Assembly (NCBI RefSeq): GCF_036971445.1
Contig: NC_091473.1
Span: 236,716,001-236,780,000, forward strand
Reading direction: 5' to 3'
DNA length: 64,000 nucleotides
Origin: Narcine bancroftii
Lineage: Eukaryota
The notes beneath the pieces were generated by a model. The model saw nothing but the letters and a program-made list of their open reading frames with translations, was not told the origin of the DNA and made no database searches. Positions 35,291 through 48,733 of the stretch are shown one piece after another. A program made the position numbers and the translations under genes. Position 1 is the stretch's first letter. Each line of letters begins with the position of its first letter.

Positions 35291-36149
35291 ATGTAAACCG
35301 TTCTTTTCTCCAGCTGATGCTGCTCAGCCCATTGAGTTCCTCCAGCAGATTATTTTTTCTCCAGATTTCACCATCTGAATTCTCTTACATGTCTAGATTG
35401 ACATCATTGCTAAGACTAAAACTGTACCCATGAGGAATAATTGGGCATGCTGGGGATTTTTTTTAATTGATGAGGAGAGACAATGTGAATAAAATTATGA
35501 GAGGTGTTGAAAGCATAAAGGGTGGTCTTGATTTTTGGCTAAAGATGCCAAATGCTTATAGATTTAAATTAATTGGGAGAATGATTAGAGGTGATGTCCA
35601 GAGCAATGATGCCCATTCAGGACATTCAAATTATGGACAGCTTTGCTGAATAAGAAGGGAGCAACTATTTTATTCACTGGGATATGTACAGAGACAATAG
35701 ATTTTAAAAAGATATGCAAATAATGAGGAAAGAAAAATACTTTCATATAAAGGAATTTTAAGTAGAGCAGTTTCTTCACCTGGAAGGGGAAGGGGAGGTG
35801 GGGGGATGGGAGGAATCTTCAGAATTTTCGTAAAACTGGATGGGTATCTTAAATTTGGAGATAAATAGCATATTGAATGCCCAGGGGATAAGGGAATATT
35901 GGAAGTGAACCACACTTCCCAGGTTTCAAGTTGCAATGTAAAGTTTGTAATAGGTGACCGATGATTGTATCGAACGATGAACTCTGCCTAAGAAGTTAAA
36001 GAGCCATTTTTTCCAGTTCTTTGCCATTGCTGAGAATGCTAATGGTAATCAGGATCATTGAAACCAATATAAGATTTGTTCTGTGAAAAAGATTTTCATG
36101 AAAGGTTATCTATGATGCTTAGAAAACTACTATAGGACATGTTTAGTTT

Positions 36150-37230
36150 TTCTTTTTCAATATTTTTACTGACATTAAAATTGAAATTCCACTTTGGAAA
36201 ATACAGCGTACATAAGGATACATAAAAGTAAAAAATTGAGAAAAAATACATACATTAAATTTAAATCATAGCATTACATCCAAGGAATCCCACATTCTCA
36301 AATGACAGATATTATACTAATATTTTATTATTTAAAAAAAAATAAACCCACTACCAAGAAAGAAGTTGTTTGGCAAAAAGAGGAAAGAAGAATTTCTTAT
36401 CAAAGTAATAAATACCTTATTAGTCAACACTTCTAAATTCATATCAAATCAAAGATTATGGAAATAATTCAAAAAGGAACCCCACAGTGTTTGAAAATTT
36501 AAATTTACGTCAGACATTGAGCATCTAATCTTCTCTAAATTTAAACATGACAGAATGACATGTAACCATTGATCATGAGTAGGCGGAACAACGTCCTTCC
36601 AACTGAGCACCACTGCCCGCCTAGCCATAAGTGAAGCAAAAGCTAATACATGCACATCAGATGCCATTAAGATTATGCCACTGTCCCCAACAATACCAAT
36701 CAAAGCAGTTAAAGCCGTGGTTCTCAATCTTTTTCTTTCCACTCACATACCCTGTGATTAATAAGGGATTGCTTAAGGAGGTATGTGGGTGGAAAGGAAA
36801 AGTTTGAAAACTACTGTTTTAATCATACCTAATTGACTTGTTAGGTGCACAGTTACATAACTCCAAAGGAAATAGGCCAATGACAATTTTTCTCAAGCAA
36901 AATATTTCAGTCTAGAGCAGTGATTCTCAACCTTTCCTTCCCACTGATATATCACGTTAAGCAATGCTTTCGAATCACAGAGCACCAATGACATATGGAT
37001 TGCTTAAAGTGGTAAGTGAGTGGAAAGAAAAGAGTTGAGAACCACTGAGTTAAAGGATTAGGCTTAAAGTTAATTTTAAAAAGTACAGAGGAGGCTTGAA
37101 ATGTTTAGTTTTTAAAGAATAATGTAACAATTGGATGGCATTTATAAGTGCAAGGGAGGAAAAAATAAAGGATGGAACCTTTGACTACGTCAGTAAATAT
37201 TCAGTAATTCCAAATAAAGGTAGAGCTACA
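36150..37230 (-). mobile_element. L1-like LINE 3' end interrupted by a hAT MITE
   Basis: LAFASLMARRAVVLSWKDVVPPTHDQWL...LNLEKIR...FQTLWGSFLNYF; T-rich tail ~36145-36160 on plus. Confidence 0.75.
36715..37047. mobile_element. Composite hAT MITE, second copy in opposite orientation to 9193-9565
   Basis: TIRs CCGTGGTTCTCAA / TTGAGAACCACTG; perfect 8-bp TSD AGTTAAAG (36707-36714/37048-37055). Confidence 0.9.
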
Positions 37231-37820
37231 ACCAAAAATCGCAGTGATATATTGTTCAATGTTCTGTTCCCATGATTCTGATTTTATGGATGAAATGGGT
37301 TAAAATGCTAGATCATTCATTGTTCTTTTATTGTAATATTATCAACATACGATATGTGTGGTCACTTTCTCTGAGTACCTAGGAATGCAGGTTTTCTAAT
37401 ACATTCTATGCTTGCAGCATTCCATCATGTTCACAGCTCAAACCAAAGATATAGGGAAAAAAGAAATTTTGTCAGTATCTATTCATCCACTTCCATTTAA
37501 CTAGGAATAACTTGGCTACCATACTAAAGCAACAGAATATGCAGAGATGCATACAAATTGATACCAAATACTCAGTAATGCCAATGGGAATTTAAAGCAT
37601 TTGGTGTGTGGGAGTTCTTTTGAAGTTGAGCCATTTAATTGGAAAAGAGCACAAAGAGGTAATATTTGAAGTATTCGTATCCAAGACATGTACAATACTT
37701 GCACTGCATAGAAAGGGAAATCTATGATTCAATACTAATTTCTTTCATTTTGATCTGTGATTCTGAAATATTTATTTGCTGATTTTTTCATGTATTTAAA
37801 TAAAATGTTATATCCTTTAA

Positions 37821-38052
37821 CTGTGGACAGTTTGGCGGGCAGCAACCTCCTTTGAAGAAGACCGCAGAGCCCACCTCACTGACAAAAGGCAAAGGAGGAA
37901 AAACCCAACACCCAACCCCAACCAACCAACCAATTTTCCCCTGCAACCGTGTCTGCCTGTCCCGCATCGGACTTGTCAGCCACAAACGAGCCTGCAGCTG
38001 ACGTGGACATTTACCCCCTCCATAAATCTTCGTCCGCGAAGCCAAGCCAAAG
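37821..38052 (+). mobile_element. RTE/BovB-like LINE 3' end
   Basis: Matches the family 3' end; TSD ATATCCTTTAA (37810-37820/38053-38063). Confidence 0.92.
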
Positions 38053-38374
38053 ATATCCTTTAAATAGCAACGGCACAACCTATGGGATGGTTCAACTAGT
38101 TCATATTAACATAATTGTCATCTGAAGCCATGATTCAAAATTCTGTTATGTAAACAACTCCCATTTAAAATCAAAATGTTATTGCTAAATAATGCATCAG
38201 GAAAAGACCCCAAATTAATTACCACATGCCTATGCCTCCATCACCAGTACTATTATGTTTTTATCCCATACTACTCACTTCGAAAGTGCAAATGTCAATG
38301 CATCTTTCAGAGTATGGTAAACCCTGGTGAACAGGTGTGTGTTGTTTATTGGGCTTTTGATCTCTGAAGACGGT

Positions 38375-38910
38375 AATGTTGATGATAGTTTATTGTCATA
38401 CACATAGGTACAAGGTACAAATGCACTGAAATCCTTCTTGCTTGCTGCAACTAAATTGGTATGTAAAATATACTAATAATAAGTATAAATTAAATTATAA
38501 TGAGAGAAAAAGGTAATAAATCTAAAAGGACAGATAAATATTCACAGCTGCCATTGTTGCAAAAAAAGAAAAAGTGCTGACAGATCTTGGAGTACTGTTG
38601 TAGTTAAAGTAGCCACAGGGAACAGGGAAATAAAAATATTCTTGATCCTAATGGTGTTGAACTTCGATGTTCTATATCTTCTGCCTGAAGCCAGCAGCGA
38701 GAAGAGAACGTGACCAAGGTGATGAGGATCCTTTATGGCTACTTTAATTAGGCACATGAATGTCTTCAATGGATGGGTTGTCAGTGCTAGACTTGACTAG
38801 GTTTTCCAACTTCTGCATTCATGCGCACTATAGAGTTTCCAAACCAGGCTGTGATGCAACCAGTCATTATACATTACACAGAAAACTTATCAAAGTTTGA
38901 TAGAGCATTC
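38375..38910 (-). mobile_element. Rex1/Babar-like LINE 3' fragment, old
   Basis: IKDPHHLGHVLFSLLASGRRYR motif (ORF 38542-38769). Confidence 0.7.
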
Positions 38911-39034
38911 AAAGATGGTAGAGTATCAATACAAAAGCAAACTTCTCTATTGGGTACTTTGCCAACATATGTGCAACAATGCACTTGTTTCAGTGTGTGC
39001 ATATGGATATATGGCATTTTATAATAAATACTCG

Positions 39035-39496
39035 ATGATTACTTGGTGCCGGTGCAGTACAACTGCTCAGCAAAAAGAGGTGGAAGGCACTCCTACTATC
39101 CAATAGCCTACAGGTCACCTTTTGGCAAGGTGTAGTACCTGTTTAGCCTCCCAATCATGGTCACATGAAGCCATGGATTGCAGATAGTTGATGGCTTTTA
39201 CAAGCAGATTCTACAAATTGGAATTTATGGTTGTAAAACTAAAAATGCTGTGCTGAACAATGGCCAGGTTACCCATCCAGTATGGAATACTGCAACTGAA
39301 GAATGCAATGGGAAACGACTTCAGTATTTTTGCCTTATATAATCATGAATTCAACATCAACTACGGTCTCAGCTCAAAGATGGAGCCTTCATCGAAGGAG
39401 AACAGGAAGGCAACAACTACAAATCGGAGGGTCAAAGATCGTGACAAATGGAGAGATATGATCGCCCATGTCGAACAGCAAGGCACCTGAATGAAT
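39035..39496 (+). mobile_element. Bipartite (internally deleted) RTE-derived non-autonomous element
   Basis: RTE 5'-UTR/Bov-A-like motif GAAGAATGCAATGGGAAACGACTTCAGTATTTTTGCC ~39298 joined to the RTE ORF2 end DRDKWRDMIAHVEQQGT* and a (TGAA)n tail; TSD TAAATACT(C/T)G. Confidence 0.65.
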
Positions 39497-39984
39497 TAAA
39501 TACTTGCATTATATTGGTGTCTTATATTGAAAACTGTCCCAGTCCCAATATACTTCATCTAATCACAAAAAAACTGAATTGAAGAAGATATGAAAAATAA
39601 ATATGAGAATTTTTCAAATTATGGAAGGCTTAGGGTGAACCTGTTTTCTCTGGTACATGAATCAGAAATCAAAAGTTACAGATTTAAATGCAAATTTGGA
39701 TTAATTTCACAGATTTCATATTACTGAGACACACACACACTGATGGACACTGGCATCATACAAACTAGCAAAGGCATTTGGATATGTATTTAATGAGAGC
39801 CAATTTATAAAATGACATTAGCGTTTTAAACATTGCTGTATAGCCTGCATTGTGTCCTAAGATTTCAAGATTCTTTTCACACAGACATAATGGGTGTATG
39901 TATGATGACTGCCTGCAATGTCTTAAGAAATATTTTATATCCTTAAGCTGTTCTCATCACGTTATCATAAGGTGATTGAATATA

Positions 39985-40295
39985 TCACCAATTGCTATCT
40001 GTCTCACACCCTTCCTCCAGTTCCCCTGCCTCTACCCTTCCTTCACCTATTTTTCCAGCTCTTTGCCCCATCTCCCATCTCCTCTCAGCTCCCTTCTCTC
40101 CTTTCCCCTTCTCCTACTTGTATCCACAAATCACCTTCTAGCCTCTGCTCCTCCCCTTCTCCTCACTCCCCCCCCCATCTTATTTGTGCATCAGCACACC
40201 TGAAGAAGGGCTGAGGCTAGAAATGTCAACTGCCTCTTGCTTTCCATGAATGCTTCATGATCTATTGAGCTTCTCCAGCACTTCTATGTAATGCT
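39985..40295 (+). mobile_element. Penelope-like element terminus
   Basis: Pyrimidine-rich UTR, then CCTGAAGAAGGGCTGAGGCTAGAAATGTC and ttgagcttctccagca. Confidence 0.65.
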
Positions 40296-40619
40296 TTCAT
40301 TGCAAAGGCCTCTGCTCATCTTTAATCCAAAGTACCTCTCCAGGACGATACTGAGAGAGCACTTGACTATTGGAAATTGCTGCCCTTGAACTGTTATAGG
40401 CATAAAAATCCCATGGCATTATTTTAAACTGCAATAAAGTTACTCCCTTATCACTAAATCTGCGCAAGTAAAATGGAAAACCTGAATTTTTTTTTTGTGT
40501 TACAAATAAGTGACACTGCTTTTAGGTTTGGAGTCAAAATGGCATTAAGGTCTGCAAGGGCTGAACTTTCCCTTGGAATCAGGAAAACAAAGCATGGGTA
40601 CACACAGAGAATCCACAGA

Positions 40620-41100
40620 TACCTGTGTGACCACAGGGTATTCAAACAATAACTGACTATAAGTCAACGTTGAGGGTCAACAACAATGATGCCTCACTTC
40701 CTGGTAGGTTGAATACCTTCAACACATAGTTTGATGAGAAAAACACGGTGACACCAAAGAAAGCCTCATCCCCCCCACCCCCCCCCCCCGAAGAACAGGC
40801 ACCCTGCATCACTGCAGCTAAGGTGAAAATCCTATCCAGGGTGAACCAACACAATAGAGTAGGTCCAGATAACATACCTGATCAGGTGCTGAAGACCTGT
40901 GTGGACCAGCTGATGGACATCTATAACATCTCACTACAATAGTCTAGCGTCCTGCAGGTTTCAAGGCAGCCACAATCATCGCGGTGCCCAAGAAAGTGAC
41001 GGTAACCTGGCTAAATAAATACTATTCAGTGGCAATGGTGTCCACAACCATGGCACTTTGAGCAGCTTGTGATGGAAAGGATCACAAAACACACCTGGTC
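40620..41100 (+). mobile_element. Rex1/Babar-like LINE fragment (pre-RT)
   Basis: RVNQHNRVGPDNIPDQVLKTCVDQLMDIYNISLQ. Confidence 0.75.
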
Positions 41101-42049
41101 CTGTTCCAGTTTGTCTAATGTCCAAATTGATCCACATGTTATGTACATGACAGCAGTGATAAAAATGAGCCCAGACCATGTAATATTTAAAATAATATTT
41201 TTAATTATTAAGCCACAATTATATAACACCTAATCTAATTTTAACTAACTTTAATTATTTATATACAATTATCTAACATAAACGTTAACTATGTGCGAAT
41301 ATATGTGTGTGTGTGGAATATCCCATGCCACTACAGCTCAAGGTTCCATTTTCGGAAGGCAGTTCAAAGTTCAGTTTCAGAAATTCTGTGGTGACATGTG
41401 GGCTTGAAATTGATGCGACACGCAGGTTTTAGATGATTGAGACACACAGGCCTTAGATGAATGCGACATGCAGATTTTAAGATGGGTGAGACATTCAAGG
41501 TTTTAAGTGGATGCAACATGCAGGTTTTAAGATGGGTGAGACACACAGGCCTTAAGATGAAGTCAACAGTTCCTGTAGTGGGTAAAAGAGACTGGGATGA
41601 GAGAATGGTGATTACTCACGACCCCCTTGCTGAGGTGCTTCAGAGAAATGTCCTTTGAAGATGACTGCCTTCTTCTACAGTTAGAACCCTTTTTTGTGGG
41701 TCGGTCGAGTAGAGTGCAGTACTTCTTCTGCAACTTTAAGACTCTTTTCATGGGTCATTCAAAGTGGTCTCTCATCCCTCTATCAGCCTCTTGAGCAAAA
41801 TGAATACTGTCTTTTCAAAAAGCTGGTCACATGGTCTCAGCCCCTGGCTTCTCTAGGGTTGCCCCCCTTCACTTTGCAAATGTATCAACTTTTTTGGAGC
41901 ATGCTGTCTTCGAAACCTGCTGCTGTTCAGTCACTTTCCGAATCCTGCAGGCTTTTGCTAAATCTATTCTCTTAAAGTGACAGTCCCACACAATAAAATG
42001 AAATGGAAAATAGGAGAACATCACACACAGATGAAGCAATAGCAACCCT

Positions 42050-43560
42050 CCACTGCCCTGACCCACCTAGAGTTGTACACCAGGCTGTTTGACATTGACT
42101 TCAGCTTGGCATTTAACATGATCATACTTTAGAGGATGGTGGATAAACTGCCATTACTGAAATTCAATACCCATCTCTCCAACAGAATTCTGGACATTTT
42201 GACAGAAAGACCACAGTCTGCCAGGGTTGGCAGTAAAATCTTAACCCCAACACACTGAGCACTGGTACACTTCATCCCATTACTGATCATGCTGACCGCC
42301 ACTGATTCAGGACTGCACTTCCAGATTGAGCACCAAGAAAATGATCAAATTTGCAGATGATACAACAGTAGCTGGCCTCGTCAGCATCAATGATGTGTTG
42401 CATTACAGAGAGGATATTGAAATGTTTGTAAAATGGCGGAGAACAACAATTTGAGTCTCAACATGGACAAGACAAAGGAGATGATTGTGGACTTCAAGAG
42501 GATGAAGGTCAACCATTCTCCTCTACATATCAATAGTTTCATTGTAGAAAGGGAGCACAAAGTTGCTTGGTGTTCACACTGTATATGGGACGACCTATCC
42601 TGGACTCACCACACTTCCTCACTAGCAAGGAAGGCATCTACATTTTCTAAGGAGGCTGAGACCACTGGCTCCCACCTTGACAACATTTTACAAGAGCACA
42701 ATTGAGAGGGTCCTATCTGGTTACATCATTGTGTGGTATGTTCACTGCAAAGCATGAGACTAGAAGTCCATATAGAGAATTAAAACAGCCAAGAGAATCA
42801 CTAGAAGTAAAACTGGGTGCTCACTTTCTTCTATAGATGTCATTTACTGGAAGTGCTGTCTAATGAATTTTAGAAGATCCTTTCCATCCAGCGCACAGTT
42901 TCTTCAACCCACTACCATCAAAAAGAAGGTACGTTCCGTGGAGTCCACTTATCTAGTGACCTATGTGGACACTCAACATCTCCTCACTTGTCAGGAAGAC
43001 ACAGAGCAACTGCACTTCCTGAGAAGACTGAAGCGGGCAAGAATACCAGCCACCATTATGTCAACCTTCTATAGGAGCTCTATCGAGAGCGTCCTGGCCG
43101 ACTGCATCACAGCGCTGCAGAGAAATGGATAGGAGGTTGATCTACAGGATCATAAGAATGGCAGAACGGATCACTGGAGTCTCCCTCCCACCACATTGAC
43201 GTGATCTACTGGGATTGTTGTCTGAAGAGGGCACATAAAATCAGAGGACCCCTTCCGCCCTGCATACAGCATCTTTCAGCTGCTCCTGTCAGGTATAAGA
43301 TTCAGGAGTATCAGAGCCAGAACCACCAGGCTGAGGAACAGCTTTTTCCCATGGGCAGTGAGAATGCAGAACGACCAAAGGAACTGCTCACACTAACCAT
43401 ATGAAACTCCCATTTGAACTAAGCAATATTTATTTATTTATTTTTAAGGATTAAAAATACATGTCCTGCATATGTATTACTTGTCTGTATGTGTGTTACG
43501 AGGGCTGGAGATCACTGTTTCGTTGGGTTGTGCTTGTACAATAAACTGACTTGACTTGAC
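42050..43560 (+). mobile_element. Nested Rex1/Babar-like LINEs (older RT copy with a younger copy at ~42935-43560)
   Basis: LFDIDFSLAFN, IKFADDTTVAG, LNMDKTKEMIVDF, LHFLRRLKRA...FYRSSIESVL; (ACTTG)n tail at 43545-43560; the older copy resumes at 43561. Confidence 0.8.
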
Positions 43561-43710
43561 AGGAGCATCAAAATAAGGATTGGCAGTCTGAAGAATAGCT
43601 TTTTCCAAAAGACTGTGAGACTGATGTACAGTATCCTGTAATTGTAACAATCATCCCAAATATTCGTATTTATCTATATTTGATTGTTTATGTGATTTTT
43701 ATGTACTATG

Positions 43711-44620
43711 ACCTCCTAGCGAAGATTTTGCTTGCAATCTGAGGTCCTCCATCAGCCAGCTCCCCACCATGACTACCAGCCCCCCACATCTCCATCGGGC
43801 ACACAAAACTCAAAACGGTCAACCAGTTTACCTATCTCGGCTGCACCATTTCATCAGATGCAAGGATCGACAATGAGATAGACAACAGACTCGCCAAGGC
43901 AAATAGCGCCTTTGGAAGACTACACAAAAGAGTCTGGAAAAACAACCAACTGAAAAACCTCACAAAGATAAGCGTTTACAGAGCCGTTGTCATACCCACA
44001 CTCCTGTTCGGCTCCGAATCATGGGTCCTCTACCGGCATCACCTACGGCTCCTAGAACGCTTCCACCAGCGTTGTCTCCGCTCCATCCTCAACATCCATT
44101 GGAGCGCTTTCATCCCTAACGTCGAAGTACTCGAGATGGCAGAGGTCGACAGCATCGAGTCCACGCTGCTGAAGATCCAGCTGCGCTGGGTGGGTCACGT
44201 CTCCAGAATGGAGGACCATCGCCTTCCCAAGATCGTGTTATTATGGCGAGCTCTCCACTGGCCACCATGACAGAGGTGCACCAAAGAAAAGGTACAAGGA
44301 CTGCCTAAAAAAATCTCTTGGTGCCTGCCACATTGACCACCGCCAGTGGGCTGATATCGCCTCAAACCGTGCATCTTGGCGCCTCACAGTTTGGCGGGCA
44401 GCAACCTCCTTTGAAGAAGACTGCAGAGCCCACCTCACTGACAAAAGGCAAAGGAGGAAAAACCCAACACCCAACCCCAACCAACCAATTTTCCCCTGCA
44501 GCCGCTGCAACCGTGTCTGCCTGTCCCGCATCGGACTTGTCAGCCACAAACGAGCCTGCAGCTGACGTGGACTTTTACCCCCTCCATAAATCTTCGTCCG
44601 CGAAGCCAAGCCAAAGAAAG
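43711..44620 (+). mobile_element. RTE/BovB-like LINE (subfamily A) with a short inverted 5' segment
   Basis: 10-bp TSD ATGTACTATG (43701-43710/44621-44630); 43714-43738 is antisense ORF2, then sense from CTGAGGTCC to the (GAAA)n tail. Confidence 0.93.
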
Positions 44621-44904
44621 ATGTACTATGCATTGCGTGCTTTCGTGCGTGCACCATGGTCTGGAGAGCTGCTGTTTTGTTGGGTTGTATATGTACAATC
44701 AGATGATAATAAACTTGAACTACATTTCAAGAATACTTCAATGGCCATAAAGTACTTTGGGGTACCCTAATGCTATGCAAGATGCAATGGGTGAATTATT
44801 CATTTTATCCATTATTTAGTAGAGAAGGTATATGCCTACATTTTACTTTATGTTAAAGTTTGATATTTGACATAAACATTAGGAAAGGTTTTCAGTATTC
44901 AAAA

Positions 44905-45828
44905 GATCACAAGATAAATGCCATTCAGCCCATCAGATCTGCTCCATAACTCCAACCTGAGTTAAACCGTTCTCACATCAAGTTCCAAATTCTGGCCTTT
45001 TCCCTATATCCCTTGATACCCTGACTAATTAGATACCTATCATTCTCCTCCTTCAACTCCCCCAATGATCGGGCAACAAATTTCACAAATCCACGACTCT
45101 CAGGCTAAAGAAATTTCTCCTCATCTCTGTTTTGAAAGGGTACCTTCTAATTCTAAGACTCTGCCCTCTTGTCCTGGATTCACCAACCAAGAGTAACATT
45201 TTATTCACATCTACTCTGTCCAATCTTTACAGCATTCAAAATGTTTCTACAAGATCCCCACTCATTCTTCTATACTCCAATGAATACAGTCCAAAACCCA
45301 ATAAATGTTTCTCATTTGTTAGCCCTTGCATTCCAGGAATCATCCTGGTAAATATTTTCTGTACTCTCTCCAATATCATTTTATCTCTTCTAACATAAGG
45401 GGCCCAAAATTGCACACAGTATTTCATATGAGGTCTCACTAGTGCCCCCATAAAGCCTCATCAACACCTCCTTATTCTTGTACACTATTCCTCTTGAAAT
45501 GAATGCCAACATAGCATTCACTTTCCTTACTGCTGATCCAACCTAGTGGTTAACCTTTAAGTTATCCTGCACAATGACCCCAAAGTCCCTTTGCACTTCC
45601 AAATTTTGAGTTTTCTCCCCATCCAAATAATAATCTGCCTGTTTATTTCCTCTTCCAAAATGTACAACCATACATTTCTCAACATTGTATCTCATCTGCC
45701 ATTCCAAGTTTCTCTGAAACCTTTCAGTTTCTTCAACACTCCTTGTCCACCACTTATCTTGGTGTCATCTGCAAACTTAGCCACAAGACCATTCAATCCA
45801 TTGTCTAAATCATCAATATACATTGTAA
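44905..45828 (-). mobile_element. CR1 LINE RT-to-3' end
   Basis: KFADDTKI, LVRPHMKYCVQFWAPY, LERVQKIFTRMIPG, GLYSLEYRRMSGDLVETF. Confidence 0.88.
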
Positions 45829-48733
45829 TATTCACAGAGACAAATCCTTCAAGAACCAACATTTGATGCAAATAGCTTTTGGATAGAAATTCCCAGTGGC
45901 AGAGAAAATGCTGGCTTCTTAGTGAATTTGGACATAAACAAATAATCTTCCCAAACTAAAAGTCCATGCTAATACAGCCTTTTCACATAGAGGAAGCAAT
46001 TTGAAACCCGTTGATCAGGTTTTGTTAACTTTCCTGTTTGGAATGTGCTCCTCCCAGACTAGTTCATTGTATCAATTTTTCCAGCACATTTTTTTTTAAA
46101 TTTTGTTTTACCAGCAACTTATTAGTCATGCATTCCCTGAAATTTTAATTGTGGTTCTTTATTAGACATGCAGAATATTTAATGGAATCTTTTTATGATT
46201 ATTATCCGCAATCTACCCTCACAATTAAAAAAAACTGTAACTATGCATGATTACAAAAGAAAAAATAATGCTAGAAATTCTCAGTGAGCTGGGCAATATT
46301 GGCAGAGAGTCAATGTGCTTTTAGTGGAAGCTTTTACATTTGCTGGTCGTCTGAAGAGGAGCATAAATATAAAGGTGTTTAAAAATCTGCTTAAGTATTT
46401 GTTTACTAGACAAATTAGTAATGTGAAATTACCAATTCTACCACTTTAGAACAAAGGAAGTATATATTTAATTCACGGTACTGTTAGATAAGAATAGTTC
46501 ATGTGTAAATGTTTTGGACACTTTAGTAAAAATGTCAAGTACTTGAAATGGAGTAACATCCAGACACCCCCTTTTAACACAGCAATCACATTTAATTGGT
46601 ATGTGAATAACCCGTGTTTAAAGCCAGCTTGGGTCGTTCACACTGAACCAAGAAAAGCTGGGTCAATGTGACCTTCTACATAGGAACCCGGAATCCTAGT
46701 ACAAAAGGAAGCGCGACCTGCAGCATTCCAGCATTGGCGTCCCGGGAAGGCGGGTAAGGTTTTTACACAGGAGCCAATGCATTTTGCATCGGCTCTGATA
46801 CTACCTAACTTGGCGTGCAATTACCAGGATGAAAATGACTCACAGCCCCATCCTGTGTTCATTGTGTTGACATAGGTAAGTGAAGTGGTTAATTCCCATC
46901 ACTTAAGGACAGTGTAAAAGGTGCAAATGTTTAAATGTTACATTAAATGATCTTATCATTTTTTAAAAAAACTATCATCCAGACACCCACTTGGAAATGC
47001 AGAAAGCATTTGCACCCTCATATGGTGTATCGCCAAAGTACTGAGTATTGTCATGGCAAAAACGGCCGCGAGTTAGCTTTATATATTGCCTTGCCTATTA
47101 GTGTAGATGCCAGGATCTTGTTCAAATTTTCTGATACAACTATATTTACGATTAAAGCTGTCTCATCAAAACATGATCATCGTCCCAGGCCTTTCCTTAA
47201 AAGTATGTTATTTTTTGTAATCTACTTAAATTCAGAATGATGAAAAAATCTATTCAAATGTGCCACCTTTAACGGTAAATGTAGCACATCCAAAACTTTT
47301 TAAACTATTATTGCATAACAATTGTTCACTCCTCCATTGTGATATTGAATGTTTTACTATTTTTATCTGGCTGCCAAGTGTCTGAGAGGTGTCACAGGAT
47401 TATTATTGCAGGTGAGCTGAGATTGATTTTCATTCACTGTTGACACAAAATTTCTATTATAACATTTCACGTATTAAAAATTATATGTGGCATAATCATA
47501 AAATTTTGTTAAAAGAATATTTGAGACCTTGATAAAAAAGAAAAAAAGACTTGTTAATTACATTTTTACTCCAACCAATGAGGTACAATTTTTTAAAAAT
47601 ATATAGATTTTTGTAATATGTTAAGATTAGTAATTTATGCTTTGAAGTTCATTCCCTCATTTATAATTATATATTATCTACATATATAAATGACCTGACC
47701 TAGGACAAACACATTGATGTGATGGTCAAGAACGCACACAAATGCCTCTACTTTCTTGGAAGACGAATGAAGTTCAGCATAACCCCCAAATCTCTCAACA
47801 AACACTGGAAACACATATAGACAGCAGAATAAGTGACAACCCCTCCCCCCCCCCCACCAACTCATCCAGCACCATGGGCGTCTGCTTGCATTCACTCGGC
47901 GCTGTGGAGATGCCAAGCCCTTGTCGATGAGAGGGGAGGCGCAATGCCAGCAACTGCCAGGTCACACATGTACAGGCTGAGCTTGGCGATCATGGTCCAG
48001 GTCTCAGGCAGGAAGCAAGGGGTGGCTGCAATGTGACCAACACACACACAATGGCCCTCGGCCCCTCCATAACCAGCAGCACACCGAGGTGCAGCACTCC
48101 GAGCCATCCCCAGCATGAATCATCTGGGAGCCCTGGGTGCTGGTGGGCCCGGGCTGCTGAGCAAATCAACAGGCAAGAAAAATGAAAACACTCTCCTCGG
48201 AGTAAATCTCAAAAGTCTGCATTAAACAATGCTGGAGAAACTCAGCACAGCAGGTTAAAACAGTGAGCAAAGGTATTGGGCGGGTGAGGCAAAGACAGTG
48301 GTGCCCAAGTCATGTGCCATGGCTGCCATACCCTAGATACTCCTATGCTTGAAAGGAAATTTTAGAACGAATGCTAATGTTTAATGGTATAATTCACAAG
48401 AATTCAGAAGGCAAGATGACGGTATATCTACCTGTTATCAAAGTAATGATTTGCTGTGAAAACCAATCGTCATTCACAGAATAGCACTGAATCCCTTTTT
48501 CTTTTATCCTATTATGAAGAAAAAATTATGGATATGCTAGCACTTGCCCTACATTTAAAAGGTGGCAGTTATGATACTTTCTTTAATGCATGACATTTTC
48601 CATATTCATGGAAGCTAGAATTAAAAGAGAGTGGAAAAGGGCAAATCCAAATATGAATGAACTTATTGGACAGAATAAACAATCCAAAGGTATGAATTTG
48701 TAACTGTAGGCTTGTACTTGGCTCAGCTATATT

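Noticed and set aside
46565-46925. Possible Harbinger-like MITE (CCCCTTTTAACAC...GTGTAAAAGG)
   Set aside because: The terminal match is short and no TSD could be defined; too weak to call.
47875-48170. GC-rich patch as a second promoter or exon
   Set aside because: CpG is depleted relative to GC content, there are no convincing splice sites, and it is flanked by repeat fragments; probably an unclassified repeat.
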